Assembly: GCA_977018835.1 (NCBI GenBank)
Contig: OZ361261.1
Coordinates: forward strand, 1,612,001-1,676,000
Origin: Minutocellus sp. GHC0000111
Lineage: Eukaryota
Reading direction: 5' to 3'
Length of the DNA stretch: 64,000 nucleotides
This document shows, in pieces, positions 45,960 through 56,790 of the stretch (its first letter is position 1; each line of letters starts with the position of its first letter). Below the pieces are notes generated by a model. That model had not been told where the DNA came from and ran no database searches. It worked only from the letters and a program-made list of their open reading frames with translations. A program made the position numbers and the translations under genes.

Positions 45960-48014
45960 ATGACCTCAGGTGCAGGGGAAGAAGAGGAATCCTTCCAGAT
46001 CGACGACGGGGATGATCAGTCGACGTCGAGCACACAGCAGTCTCCTTCTCAATCTCCACACTCCCTGCCCAATCCGCTTCGCATCCTCTTTGCCTTCAAT
46101 GGTGCCATCTTCATCCTCCCCAACCTCGCACTTCTGTCCATCGTCAACAACCTTGCGTCCATTCCCCCGTCCTATCTTCCGGCCTATGGTGCCATATCGT
46201 TTCTGCCCTGGAGTATCAAGCCGCTCTACGCATTTCTTAGCACATGGATCATATCCCAGCATCACTGGGTCCAACGTCACACGTTGATCGCCATGCTGTT
46301 ATGTGCCAGCGGACTGAGTTTCTGTGGCACGGCGTTTGTCCCAGAAGATGGGGTTGTATTTTGTTTCATTTGGGGCTTTATTAGAGGCATAGCATCGAGC
46401 TGGCCGGAATTTCTGCTGGGGCTAACTCTCATCGATACGGCAAGGGGTCTGTCGGTGATTGATGATGACGAGGGCAATGAGCAATGTGAAGGGGAGAGCA
46501 ACGCTAATGGCGATGATGATAGAAGAGAAGCAGCGACTGCTTCGCCTTCCTCATCAACGGGTCAATACGAAGAGATTGTGTCGGTCTTTCAGGCCCAGGC
46601 TGCTACGTCTCGCAATGTCGGCTCACTCAGCGCTGGAATATTCACATTTATTTTGTTTGGTTGGAGGCATTACCAGCATGTTCGTGGCAACGATACGGGG
46701 GATGACGATGCATCAGATGCAGACCAGCAAAACACAAGTGAATTGAGTGATACTGTGGTAACTGTTCTGCTCCTAATGACAGGCTGCTTGCCCTTCGTTG
46801 GGGGCATAATTGCAATGAAGTATAAAGTTGGAAGCGTCATCTTACGAGAAGAAGGCGATGCACAGAAATCAACAAGACGAAGGAGGCAAAATGCCGGCCG
46901 CTACAACGAAATTGCTGGAACAGAAGTTGATAACGATGGCTCTGATGTTATTGCATCTCTGGAAACAACAAATGCTGACGAAGAAGGTCCTGCTGACGCA
47001 GATTTTTCTTCATTCGAAAGAGCGGAAAACACCAAGTCCGAGCAAAGAAGTTACTGCGCCATTCTCGTTCTCTTTCAGCTCTTGCTTATTCTTGGGGCGC
47101 TCAAGGGCCCGCTTACTGCGGCGACAACGCATGTGGCCTGGCTATCGGCTCTGATTGTAACCGCATGTCTCCTTGTGTTGTCAGTGTGCTCTGCAATGTA
47201 CTATCGGAACAAAAATGGCAGTTCCACTGAAGAAAAATCGAATCAAATACCTGCGCGGCGTCTGGCTTTGTATTTGCTGCTTCGACATTCACTGCCCTCG
47301 TCGGGATACGTGTACTATTCCTTCTTGTTTACAGTATTTGAAAGCAGCCCTATCTACATGCAATGTTTATCCATTCTCGGGTCGGCTGGATCAACGTGCT
47401 CTTCCTTTATCTACGGCAGATATATTGCAAAAAAGTACAATTCCGGATGGCGAATCTTACAAGTTATTGCCGGAACGACCCTGCTGTACTCATTCAGCTC
47501 CTTGCTCAACATTGTCGTTTATCGTCAAGCCGACGGAGGCCAAGATGAAATAATACAGGGCGGGCTAAGCTTCATGTGGCTTCTCGCACCGATTTACTTT
47601 ATTAGCGGCATTGTCGCTGAGATCAACTTTTTGCCCTCGCTCATGCTTTCAACAACCAATATCTCAAAAAGTCAAGGCGCGGATACTGACAACAGTGCTA
47701 GTCAAAACACGGAAGCTGGAGGGAGTCCCTCGGCACCATCTCCCTTCGCTGACGAAGGGATGCAGTATGCCTCGTATATATCCTGCATCGACTTTGCCGA
47801 AAATGTAGGGTCTTGGATAACTGTGCCAATTGTTTCGGCTCTCAACATTACTCGGGAGAACAACTTTGCCAACCTGGATCGACTTATTTTGATTTGCTCG
47901 TCTACCTATTTGGTTTCCCTCGCATATCTTTGCCTCATTCGGCCACCGCGGGAAAAGAACAAGGGGGCAAGGTTAGATATGCAGATGCAGAATGTTGGTG
48001 CTGAGTTTGCTTGA
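45960..48014 (+). CDS. BT1/folate-biopterin family MFS transporter
   Basis: FLPWSIKPLYAFLS and EGMQYA motifs; about 12 TM segments. Confidence 0.75.
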   Translation: MTSGAGEEEESFQIDDGDDQSTSSTQQSPSQSPHSLPNPLRILFAFNGAIFILPNLALLSIVNNLASIPPSYLPAYGAISFLPWSIKPLYAFLSTWIISQHHWVQRHTLIAMLLCASGLSFCGTAFVPEDGVVFCFIWGFIRGIASSWPEFLLGLTLIDTARGLSVIDDDEGNEQCEGESNANGDDDRREAATASPSSSTGQYEEIVSVFQAQAATSRNVGSLSAGIFTFILFGWRHYQHVRGNDTGDDDASDADQQNTSELSDTVVTVLLLMTGCLPFVGGIIAMKYKVGSVILREEGDAQKSTRRRRQNAGRYNEIAGTEVDNDGSDVIASLETTNADEEGPADADFSSFERAENTKSEQRSYCAILVLFQLLLILGALKGPLTAATTHVAWLSALIVTACLLVLSVCSAMYYRNKNGSSTEEKSNQIPARRLALYLLLRHSLPSSGYVYYSFLFTVFESSPIYMQCLSILGSAGSTCSSFIYGRYIAKKYNSGWRILQVIAGTTLLYSFSSLLNIVVYRQADGGQDEIIQGGLSFMWLLAPIYFISGIVAEINFLPSLMLSTTNISKSQGADTDNSASQNTEAGGSPSAPSPFADEGMQYASYISCIDFAENVGSWITVPIVSALNITRENNFANLDRLILICSSTYLVSLAYLCLIRPPREKNKGARLDMQMQNVGAEFA

Positions 48015-48071
48015 TCTTCTAAATTCGTTCAACTACCATGGCGCCATACTAGGCTGAAGTAAATTGCATTA

Positions 48072-49625
48072 TTAGTACCTTCTTCCGCCTTTTCTCTTCT
48101 TTTCGACCTTCTTGATTGGCTTCCATCGATCACTTCTTCCCAGATTTGGCAGAACGAAATCGGCACTTTGCATCACGGTGCTTCTTGCATAGTCGTCAGG
48201 CACTGGATTGGCCGCCACGTAGTCATCAACACTATCGTCATCGGCCATGTTGACCGAACGGAGCTTCCTCCCTTCCTCTCCTTGCCACAGACTTTCAAGA
48301 TTTATATCTCTTCTCGTGGCCTCATCCTGTAGGTGCACTACATAATTCCCGCAGTCTACTAACATCCACCCGTCATCGACGCTCCTGCCAGCCAGACCAC
48401 CCGATTTGCGTCTATTGCGGCGCGATGTGCCAATGTCTTCACCACCCTCCGGTCCCAGCATGGCACCGATAACACCCCGGCGCTGAAGGCCCCGTGCGCG
48501 TAGATTTCGCACCACCGACTCGGCCAGGACACGGAGATGCGACAAACTCCGCCCGGTGGCAATGATCAAACCATCGGCCTCCAAGCTGACAGATCCACCG
48601 TACCTCTCAGTAGGTTGAATAACAACAATGTCTTCGGCACCCAATGCCGAGAGAGATCCTGATATCTCCTCGGATGTCATCAGGGTGTACTCAATGACCG
48701 GTATCTCCGAGTCCAATTGCCGGGCAGCATCGGCATCTTCTGGGGACATCATGCCAACTGGCCTGGCATCACCCTCACCAAGACGAGATCTGCGAGCGGC
48801 CAACCAGTCTGGACCGGCGTCGGTGCCACTTTCAGCAGCGGCGGCGGCTTCTTCACTCTTGCGCTGCTCCACACGTTCCGCCGCTCTATCAAAGACGAAA
48901 TCGTCAATGGCAAGGGAAGTTGGATCATCGTCCAAGTAACCAGAAGGCCCCGTATCGTCGTCGTCTTCCTCTTCTTCTAGGCCCTCCCACTCCTTCGCTT
49001 GCTCTGCTTCCAATCGCTCCAATTCCAGTATCTCCTGTTCGAGCATGTCGAGTTCTTCTTGTTCACGACGGGCAGCCTCGTCGGCATCACCGATTGCGTC
49101 GTCGGCGGCAGCAGAGTCCATGTCGATATAATTTCTCATGTCAGCTTCTGCCATAACCTTTCGTACGTAGGCCTCAACATCGATGGGGGTGGCGTCAAAG
49201 TCATCGTCATCATCTTCGTCACCCAACGCATTCAAGTCCGACGAACCCGAAACACCGCTGGCAGCGCCGGGTTCGACATCGAGCTCGCCAAAGTCGATGG
49301 CGTCCAGATCAATGTCTGACAGCTTGAGATTCACAACATCTTCATCATCATCATTGGCTTTTGTGACATCCTTCGAACGCCGCTTTTGGGCGGCAGTCTC
49401 ACGAGGGTAGAGATGGGACTTGCCCTTGTCACCGCCGAGGGGTCGATTGGGTGGGATCCACTCGAGCATTTCGTCGTCTTCGTCTTCATCTTCATCTGGC
49501 GCTTTCTTGTCGCTGGTCGTCGATAGGTACTGAAGCATGAGACAAGACGAAGGCCGAAGCCTCCTTCGGCCGGTGGCTGCTGCGACCACCGCCGAAGAGC
49601 AGCGGGAGGAGGCGAGGCGCATCAT
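48072..49625 (-). CDS. Ribosomal silencing factor RsfS/Iojap (MALSU1-like), probably mitochondrial
   Basis: GAEDIVVI...IIATGRSLSHL...WMLVDCGNYVVHLQDEATRRDINLESLW; Arg/Ser-rich presequence and a long acidic region. Confidence 0.85.
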   Translation of the reverse strand: MMRLASSRCSSAVVAAATGRRRLRPSSCLMLQYLSTTSDKKAPDEDEDEDDEMLEWIPPNRPLGGDKGKSHLYPRETAAQKRRSKDVTKANDDDEDVVNLKLSDIDLDAIDFGELDVEPGAASGVSGSSDLNALGDEDDDDDFDATPIDVEAYVRKVMAEADMRNYIDMDSAAADDAIGDADEAARREQEELDMLEQEILELERLEAEQAKEWEGLEEEEDDDDTGPSGYLDDDPTSLAIDDFVFDRAAERVEQRKSEEAAAAAESGTDAGPDWLAARRSRLGEGDARPVGMMSPEDADAARQLDSEIPVIEYTLMTSEEISGSLSALGAEDIVVIQPTERYGGSVSLEADGLIIATGRSLSHLRVLAESVVRNLRARGLQRRGVIGAMLGPEGGEDIGTSRRNRRKSGGLAGRSVDDGWMLVDCGNYVVHLQDEATRRDINLESLWQGEEGRKLRSVNMADDDSVDDYVAANPVPDDYARSTVMQSADFVLPNLGRSDRWKPIKKVEKKRKGGRRY

Positions 49626-49925
49626 CTTCGAACAGGAAAATGAAGTTGGACTGTCGGGCGAAACCCGAGAGGCTTCATGAAGGTCTTGGCTCCGCGACAA
49701 GCACGCACTTTTGTTATGTTCGTTCGAGATGGACGGTTTGCAGGTGGGACGCTTGTCCCTGACGAAGGCCAGGCCAGATTAATCATCATAATGACGACCC
49801 AGAAATGGCAAATGGATGAGCGAAACGAACGCAAAGAACGCCTGACTGCAACGATGGTGGTCACTTCTGCCGTTCTACGCCGACCGTTGCGCCGCTGTAC
49901 TCAGCTCGGCAAAGGTACACGGGGA

Positions 49926-51119
49926 ATGATGGTTTCACCGACTATGTGTAACTCGGCCCTTATTGCGCTGGCCATTTGTTTCGTCGGAAGCAGTACACCA
50001 TGTGTTGTAGCATTTCAAAGAACATCACTGCCGAGGCCACCTCATCGGTCGGCATCTTCAACTACGAGTACACTCAATTCTCCATCACACCCATCCACCC
50101 AAACATACACATGCCTCAACCTGTTTGTTCTACGAGAAAGAGGCGCCGCGAACGCCCTGGCCAATTCCAAATCGTACCGCTCGACCTCCGGCCTGCGCGT
50201 CGCCTACCCAAAGTTGGAAATTGCCAAACTTGGCGCCGGGAATTGTCCCCTTCCTCATGTAATGGAACTGCAACGCACCGATAGTCGTCTCCCCTCCGAT
50301 AGTAGATTGGTGGCTCGATATCTGGAAGAGAGCGATTTGAATCAGGTGGTGAAAATGTGCGTGAGGGAGTTTGGTTCTCAGGCACCCTCGCCGGAAAGTG
50401 CCGCTTTGCCGGGGCAGCTCGTCCAATCGCCGCGAACACCAATGGACGAATTGAAGGATTGGTTCGAGGATTGGACGCTATCATTGACGGTACAGATTGG
50501 TTTGACCCAAAGGATAAAGCGCCGAAAGGACACATCCGCCAAGGAACCTGATCACCATGTCATTTGTCTTGTAGAGGAAGGACAGGGTGAGAGGAGTGGT
50601 GCTTCTGCGAATACAGTTGTTGGAATTGTGGAGCTGAGTCAGCAGGTACCAGACCCAGAGCAGACCACACCGCCGTTCATCGTTCCGTATGCCATCAAGA
50701 AGGCACTGGGAAGCTTCGGCGTTCAGAATCGAGCTGCAGTATCCATGTTGGGGACCGAGCCGTTGCCGTACATCAGCAACGTTCTTGTGCGACCAGAGAG
50801 CAGAGGGAGGGGATATTCGCGAATACTGATGGCCGCTGCGGAAGGGCTAGCAAGAGACTGGACGAGGCAGCGGCGGCTCAATGGAAACGATAACAGGCCG
50901 CCATTGGTATGCCTGCATGTAGACGCCGATTCTCGAAGTGCAAAGGCTGCGCAGGGACTGTACAAGGCTCTTGGATACAAGGGCGTGCCGGATGATCGAA
51001 TGGGTGGCACAGGAGGCAAATTTGCTTGGATGGAAGGGGCCGACATGCTGTCGACAGGACTATACATGGTACAAGACATACCACTGCTGTACATGACCAA
51101 GGAGTTGTTGTTAGAATAG
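49926..51119 (+). CDS. GNAT acetyltransferase, probably plastid-targeted (start codon uncertain)
   Basis: YISNVLVRPESRGRGYSRILM, LHVD and AQGLYKALGY; signal peptide + VAF. Confidence 0.85.
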   Translation: MMVSPTMCNSALIALAICFVGSSTPCVVAFQRTSLPRPPHRSASSTTSTLNSPSHPSTQTYTCLNLFVLRERGAANALANSKSYRSTSGLRVAYPKLEIAKLGAGNCPLPHVMELQRTDSRLPSDSRLVARYLEESDLNQVVKMCVREFGSQAPSPESAALPGQLVQSPRTPMDELKDWFEDWTLSLTVQIGLTQRIKRRKDTSAKEPDHHVICLVEEGQGERSGASANTVVGIVELSQQVPDPEQTTPPFIVPYAIKKALGSFGVQNRAAVSMLGTEPLPYISNVLVRPESRGRGYSRILMAAAEGLARDWTRQRRLNGNDNRPPLVCLHVDADSRSAKAAQGLYKALGYKGVPDDRMGGTGGKFAWMEGADMLSTGLYMVQDIPLLYMTKELLLE

Positions 51120-51377
51120 AGTATGGAAAGGAACATAATCTCATCTTGCTTCGATCAAACTGCTGTTGCTTTTCTCTGGCGTTTTTATTTTCGCTTCCCG
51201 CCAAAAAATAAGTGGAAAACTCATGACCCGAGAAAGGGAAGCCGGCAGGCTTGCTTTCTCGTTTGAAATGCCGCCGAAGATACCGAGCACATCATGTGCT
51301 CATTTGAACGTTTCACTGGTTTCTTGAGGAAAGCTCTGCGTAATCTGCCAAGATACGAGGCAAAGCACATATCAAAG

Positions 51378-52871
51378 ATGAGGCTCCTTCTATCTCACGC
51401 CGTGGCGGTGTGGGCTGTGCTGTCCCTCGAAGTCGCCGCTGGATTTGTGCAGCAACAGAATTCTCGTCACGGTCATCACCAGAATCGTATCTCAACCTCT
51501 CTTTTCGGTTACAGCTACAGTTCTGCCCAACCCTTTGGAGACAATGCTCCCAACCACCAGCCGGGCGGTGGATATCGCTACTCGCCGTCGCCCGAGTGGG
51601 AGTATCTTGGTTCGGCCATTGATCGAGATGCCATTGATCGGTTGAGGCCGAACAATGCGCCGATGCCATCTGCCCAGCAGCAGCAAAGTAGCATGTCCAA
51701 GTCCGCTTCTTATGGATATACCCCCACAACACAGATTGGTGACAATGCCGCTGCTCTTGCCAGGAATTATGCTCACGTGGCTCCGTCGTGGGAGTACCAG
51801 GGCCCGGCTAGGGATCGTCAGATCGGCTCCGTTGCAGAAGCTTCTCGTATGTTGGGCATGGGTGGCTCGTCTGTTGCTGCTACTGGTGCTGGTGCCGCCC
51901 TTCCGCCCTCAGCTGGTTTTAGTAACAACAAGGCATCGACGTCATTTGGAGGAGTATTGCCGAGGTCTGGCGGAACTCAACCGATGGCCCTGGGTGGAAG
52001 CAACAGTGGCGGTGGTGGATTTGGATCATCGACTTCAGCTGGCAACAATCTCGGCAGAGGAGGAGGTATGAGTTCCATCGCCGGTTCTACTTCATCGCCA
52101 CCATTTGGAGGCGGTGGTGGCCGTGGACAAAGCGCTTCATCAAATAATGGTGGTATTCCTGGGTCTACTGGAGGAATGGGCTCTGGAAGCTCCCTTGGCT
52201 CATCGTCTACGCTTGGCGCTTCTGCATCGACCGGAGGGATGGGCTCTGGAAGCTCCTTTGGCTCATCGACTACTGGCGGAATTCCTGGGTCTACCGGAGG
52301 AATGGGCGCTAGTAGTAGCTCCTTTGGTTCGACATCTACACCTGGTGGGATGGGCTCCAGTAATTCATTTGGCTCATCGACTACTGGTGGAACTCCTGGG
52401 TCTACCGGAGGAATGGGCACTGGCATGGGCACCGGAAGTTCCTTCGGCAGCTCATCTACTACTGGTTCATCAACTGCTGGTGGTATGGGCGCTGGAAGCT
52501 CCTTTGGCACTTCATCGGCTAGTAGTTCTTTTGGTTCAACTTCTACATCTGGCGGATTGGACGGAGGGAGTTCTTTTGGTTCAACGTCGACTTCCTCATC
52601 TGACCCCAACAATCCGTTCGGCAGCAGCCCAGGAGCGAGCGGCGGTGGCAGCTCCTTCGGATCAACTTCGACGTCTACATCTACAGGTGGTATTCCCGGG
52701 TCTACAGGTGGGCTGGGCACCGGCGGCTCCTTTGGCTCGACGTCTTCATCTGCCTCGTCGTCCTCATCTCCATCTTCAAGCAATCCTTTCGGCGGAAGCC
52801 CAGGAGCGAGCGGCAATACTTCTGGAGGTGGCTCGAATTCTAACCCTTTTGGCGGCTGGTCTCCCTCGTAA
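51378..52871 (+). CDS. Plastid-targeted Gly/Ser-rich low-complexity repeat protein
   Basis: Signal peptide ending AAG-F and a transit-like segment; two aromatic repeats, many SSFGS and GSTGGMG repeats, C-terminal NPFGGWSPS. Confidence 0.75.
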   Translation: MRLLLSHAVAVWAVLSLEVAAGFVQQQNSRHGHHQNRISTSLFGYSYSSAQPFGDNAPNHQPGGGYRYSPSPEWEYLGSAIDRDAIDRLRPNNAPMPSAQQQQSSMSKSASYGYTPTTQIGDNAAALARNYAHVAPSWEYQGPARDRQIGSVAEASRMLGMGGSSVAATGAGAALPPSAGFSNNKASTSFGGVLPRSGGTQPMALGGSNSGGGGFGSSTSAGNNLGRGGGMSSIAGSTSSPPFGGGGGRGQSASSNNGGIPGSTGGMGSGSSLGSSSTLGASASTGGMGSGSSFGSSTTGGIPGSTGGMGASSSSFGSTSTPGGMGSSNSFGSSTTGGTPGSTGGMGTGMGTGSSFGSSSTTGSSTAGGMGAGSSFGTSSASSSFGSTSTSGGLDGGSSFGSTSTSSSDPNNPFGSSPGASGGGSSFGSTSTSTSTGGIPGSTGGLGTGGSFGSTSSSASSSSSPSSSNPFGGSPGASGNTSGGGSNSNPFGGWSPS

Positions 52872-53040
52872 AGCCGACCGTTTCGTTTTGATTTGTCGAT
52901 GCACATACATGAATAAGGTAAAAAGAGGAAGGCGCTGGACCTCTCTTTGATAATACCCAGATTGATCTTTGCAACCCCCGAGAACATTCTGCCATTCTAG
53001 AATTCCAATTTATTACAACTTTTAGAAATTATAACATAAT

Positions 53041-56000
53041 TTACAAACTACTGCGGAAGGCAAAGTCAAAGCTGTGACCCGTGCTGATAACCTTTAGGAA
53101 GGAATACGTGCGGCACATTCTCGAAATAATTGCAAGTTGTTGCTGAACCGACACTGGACCTCTCTCGCCGGCCAGTTCTGCAAGATCTTCAGTCACGTTC
53201 CGAAGCTCACTGGCCGAGAATCGTCGTCTATCTTCCCAAAGCAGCTTCCTGCACTCATGAATGTGAAGCATAAGCATACCTAGGTCGTTCGCATCTAGCA
53301 CATCACCACCTCGATTCTCTGCTAGTGGTTGGCGCCTGTTGGCCGACTTACGAGGCGATACTGAAGGCATATATCCACTCAGCGGCGGGGGTGCATCAGG
53401 TGGATTATCTCTCATGGTCAAAAGACGCTCGATATCCAGAATAGTATGACGGCAAGTCTGAAATGTTTCTTCCTTCGATTTACCAAATTTGAGCAATGCG
53501 TAGAAACAGAACCGGAAGATTGATCTTGTGCCGTAGAGAAGAATAAAGGCTGGTGTCATTGCGGCGATCTTGGCGTTGATTTCATTACTGCTCATCAACT
53601 CGTCCATTGCGACGAGAGCACTCATGAGTTCCTTTTTGATGTGTTGCATTTCAATCATCGACAGTCGAACGATGTTGTTGATCTCAAAGACACTTCGCTT
53701 GATGCATTCTTCCTTGGCTTGTTCGACAAGCGAGATGTCCATGGCATCTGCAATGTGGATCTTCTCGTCCTCGCTCATCTCGGGAAATGTCTCGTCTAAC
53801 CAACTGCCAATCATATTCTTGAGCGTGGTAATTTCTTCAAGTCGGGCCTTCTTGTCGGCCACGTCGGGCTTGCCCTTCACTATCTCACCATAGATACTCT
53901 TGATGGGACCAGAGAGGTGCTCATTGTAAAAGTTTCCAAGCTGCTCGGCAGCCCATTGTAATGCCTCCTTGATGTAGCCGTCCTTGAAGAGCTTCAGTGC
54001 GATATATCCGCCAGCAGGCGCAAGCACCGAGGCAACATACCACTGCCGTTTCATCCGAGGAGGCGGCTTGAGTTTCATTAGGCGTCGTCGTCTTTGATTC
54101 TGCATCAGTACTTCCATTGAATCCAGCAACGATGAGATTTCTTGAGCAAATAAGGGGAGATCTGAAATCATGACATCGCCGGTGATGGCTTGATGGGTGC
54201 CCTGACTCTTGATAAATCTATTGACTTCCTCGTCCATGCCATCATTTTGACCCGTGACCTCGTCATCATCAATTGTTGGCGGAAAATCTGGAGTGTCATG
54301 CTCTCTGATACCGGTCGCTCGAAATTTGGCTCTTCTATCATCTCGTCGTTCGGGAATGATAAGTCGAGGTCGTTGCATCCTCTGTGGCCCAAAGGGGTAA
54401 AGATTCGGTGGATTGAAAACGAATGGGAGTTGTCGCACCATTGTCAAGCTCACCAGCAAGATTGTTGCTACTTTTCCGAGCGAAATGATCGACCTCGTCT
54501 TTCCAATTCTCGTAGTATGGCAACTGAAGAGAAGTATTGCCCGCCTTGTAGAGTTGATCTCGAATCACGCGAAGAGCATCGACCGTCCACGCCGCCAGTG
54601 CCGGATCGTCCCGCTCGATACGACCGCCACGAGTATTTTTCACCATAACTTCCGCCTGACCATAGTAGGTTGAACGACGACGACTCTGTGGTCCCAAGAT
54701 ACGCATAGATTTTTCATTATCAATGCTCGAACTGAGACCAAGGGAGTAATAATCTCGCATGGACCTGCCTTGTGGTGCACCGGCTGAGCTTTCTCTGGAA
54801 AGTGACGAATCGCCACGCTCATGGAGGCTTCGAGTAGACTCCTCCATGCCACCATCGCCGCCTGCAACGGCAGCCCACTCACCACCCTGACCTAGCACTC
54901 CCCATTTCTCTACGCCTCGTTGCCAGCCTGCTCTCAACAGATGCTCCTGCAATTCTCCAACGCTTGTGCATCGTCGGGCCAGGACGGCTTGAATCTGCGA
55001 GACTTTACGGCCGACAACTTGGTGATTGTACCCATCTTTGCTCAGCCAGACGGTCGGCCCGGCCTCTAGCCAGGACAGCACCGGCCGCTCCCACCGCTCG
55101 GTCCAGAATCGTAGAGCTTCGTGAAGTTCAACGGCCTCCTCGAGCGCTAAATCACGCAAGGCTCGGATGGTACCCTCGGCAAGACGACTCGCAGTCTCCT
55201 CATCTGACACTTGCGAATTGCTACCTCCGCCAAGCCTTGGTCGATCAATACTTCCCGTCGACGTCATGGATTCCGATAGGGGTAGTGTATGAGGTTCCTT
55301 GCTTATCTCCTCACTTTCCTCGGTTCCTGTCGATTCAGCCCGGGTATCCAATTTTGGCTGATGAATACTGCTATCGGGAGAATGAGGTCGATGGAATCGC
55401 ACCCGTTTGTTTGTAGTGCTTCCCGAACTCACGTCCAGTTCATCTACCTCCGGTTGCACCGGCACCAACGTTAAAAGTGACCGCACCGCATTCATCGACG
55501 ACGGGGCGTGGCTGTGCGCCACGTTGTGCCGGCCGCTGACCACATTGTACGGGTTGCGCATCAACCAGCCCAGCTCGATCGGAGGTCCACGTCGGACGGC
55601 ATTGCCATTGCTGTTATTGTTCACCGGAGATGGCACCTCGGGCATGATGAGTTCTCCCTGTTGATCATCTGATATTGCACCACCTTCACCGGAAACCAAA
55701 TCGTTCAGATTGGTATAGCTCCTGATGTACAGACTCGATAGCAGGTTGGAAACGCCCTGCTGCACGCTGCCAATGTAGTCTGTATGCCCGCCCTCTTGTT
55801 CGTGCTCTTCCGACACGGGTGCCAGTGCAGGAGGTGGGTTAGCAGAAGACGACGATGATGGGGCAATTTTGTCATATGCCTGGCTGGCGTACGATTTGGC
55901 CGTGTCCCAATAGGACGAGTCGTCTCCTGCATTGTTCTGGTTGGAAGCGCTGTCAAGTGATTGGCTGGTGTCACCGACCGTCGTCGGCTTTGCATTTGGG

Positions 56001-56233
56001 GCGTCAGCCTTGCCCTGTGCTGAAGATGTGTCGCTTTCAGCCTTTGAAGCAGAACCGGATGGTTTGTTCTTACCTGCCGATTGATCACCTGGCTGCTTTG
56101 CCGGCACAGTGCAATCAAACGACGCCGATCGGATCGACGGCGTCGAAGAGGAGGTGTGATCAAACGAGGACGACCGACGCTTTCCGGGAGTTGGCGTTTG
56201 GTTGAGAGTTGCGAGAAGCTTGGTGGCCACCAT
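53041..56233 (-). pseudogene. NCA2-like (nuclear control of ATPase 2) protein with a frameshift near 54365
   Basis: C-terminal ORF has QWY + TM, EHLSGPIKSIYGEI, IEMQHIKKEL...MDELMSSNEIN and LGML. The upstream 631-aa ORF ends overlapping it in a different frame. Confidence 0.6.
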
Positions 56234-56790
56234 ATTTATTTCAATATTTTTTTACTCTCGCTTTAGGGGTGTCTCTCCGACGGCTAGTCAGCCCAGCGCA
56301 AGCAGACTGAATCAACTTTACAAGTTAGTAACCGCCAGAGCAATAGACGTCTATCGGCTGGCGGCTACGTAGGAATTCCTACCGGAGGAAGTCATCTCAT
56401 CATGGCGCGGCTGGCTGGCTGCGCATGCGGTTACCAATTTGGTACTAGTACGAAATGAACGAATATTTTGAGGTCATTGGTACTTAAAATTATTATTTTC
56501 GCATGTGCACAAGACACATTCTTCATAATAAAGAACCCGCCGCCAGTGAGAAAGCGCCCGCCAAAGAGGCGCGCGCCGCGCCACGTGTTTGAGAACTGAT
56601 TGAATGGATGAGTAGGAATTCCTAGCACCTAGCTGCATGCCATATGTAATATGTATTGTACTCTCCTCTGTGCTAGGCTCCATATTCTTCTTTCTCGATC
56701 ATACAATTCGTTGCGATCGGCGCCCATTAATTCCATACGGATACATTGCAACGGCTCTCGAGACAACTTGGGGCACCAGCTGAGCACATC

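Noticed and set aside
51977..52987. 336-aa Pro/Glu-rich antisense ORF
   Set aside because: It is the reverse complement of the Gly/Ser repeats; the plus-strand ORF carries the targeting signal.
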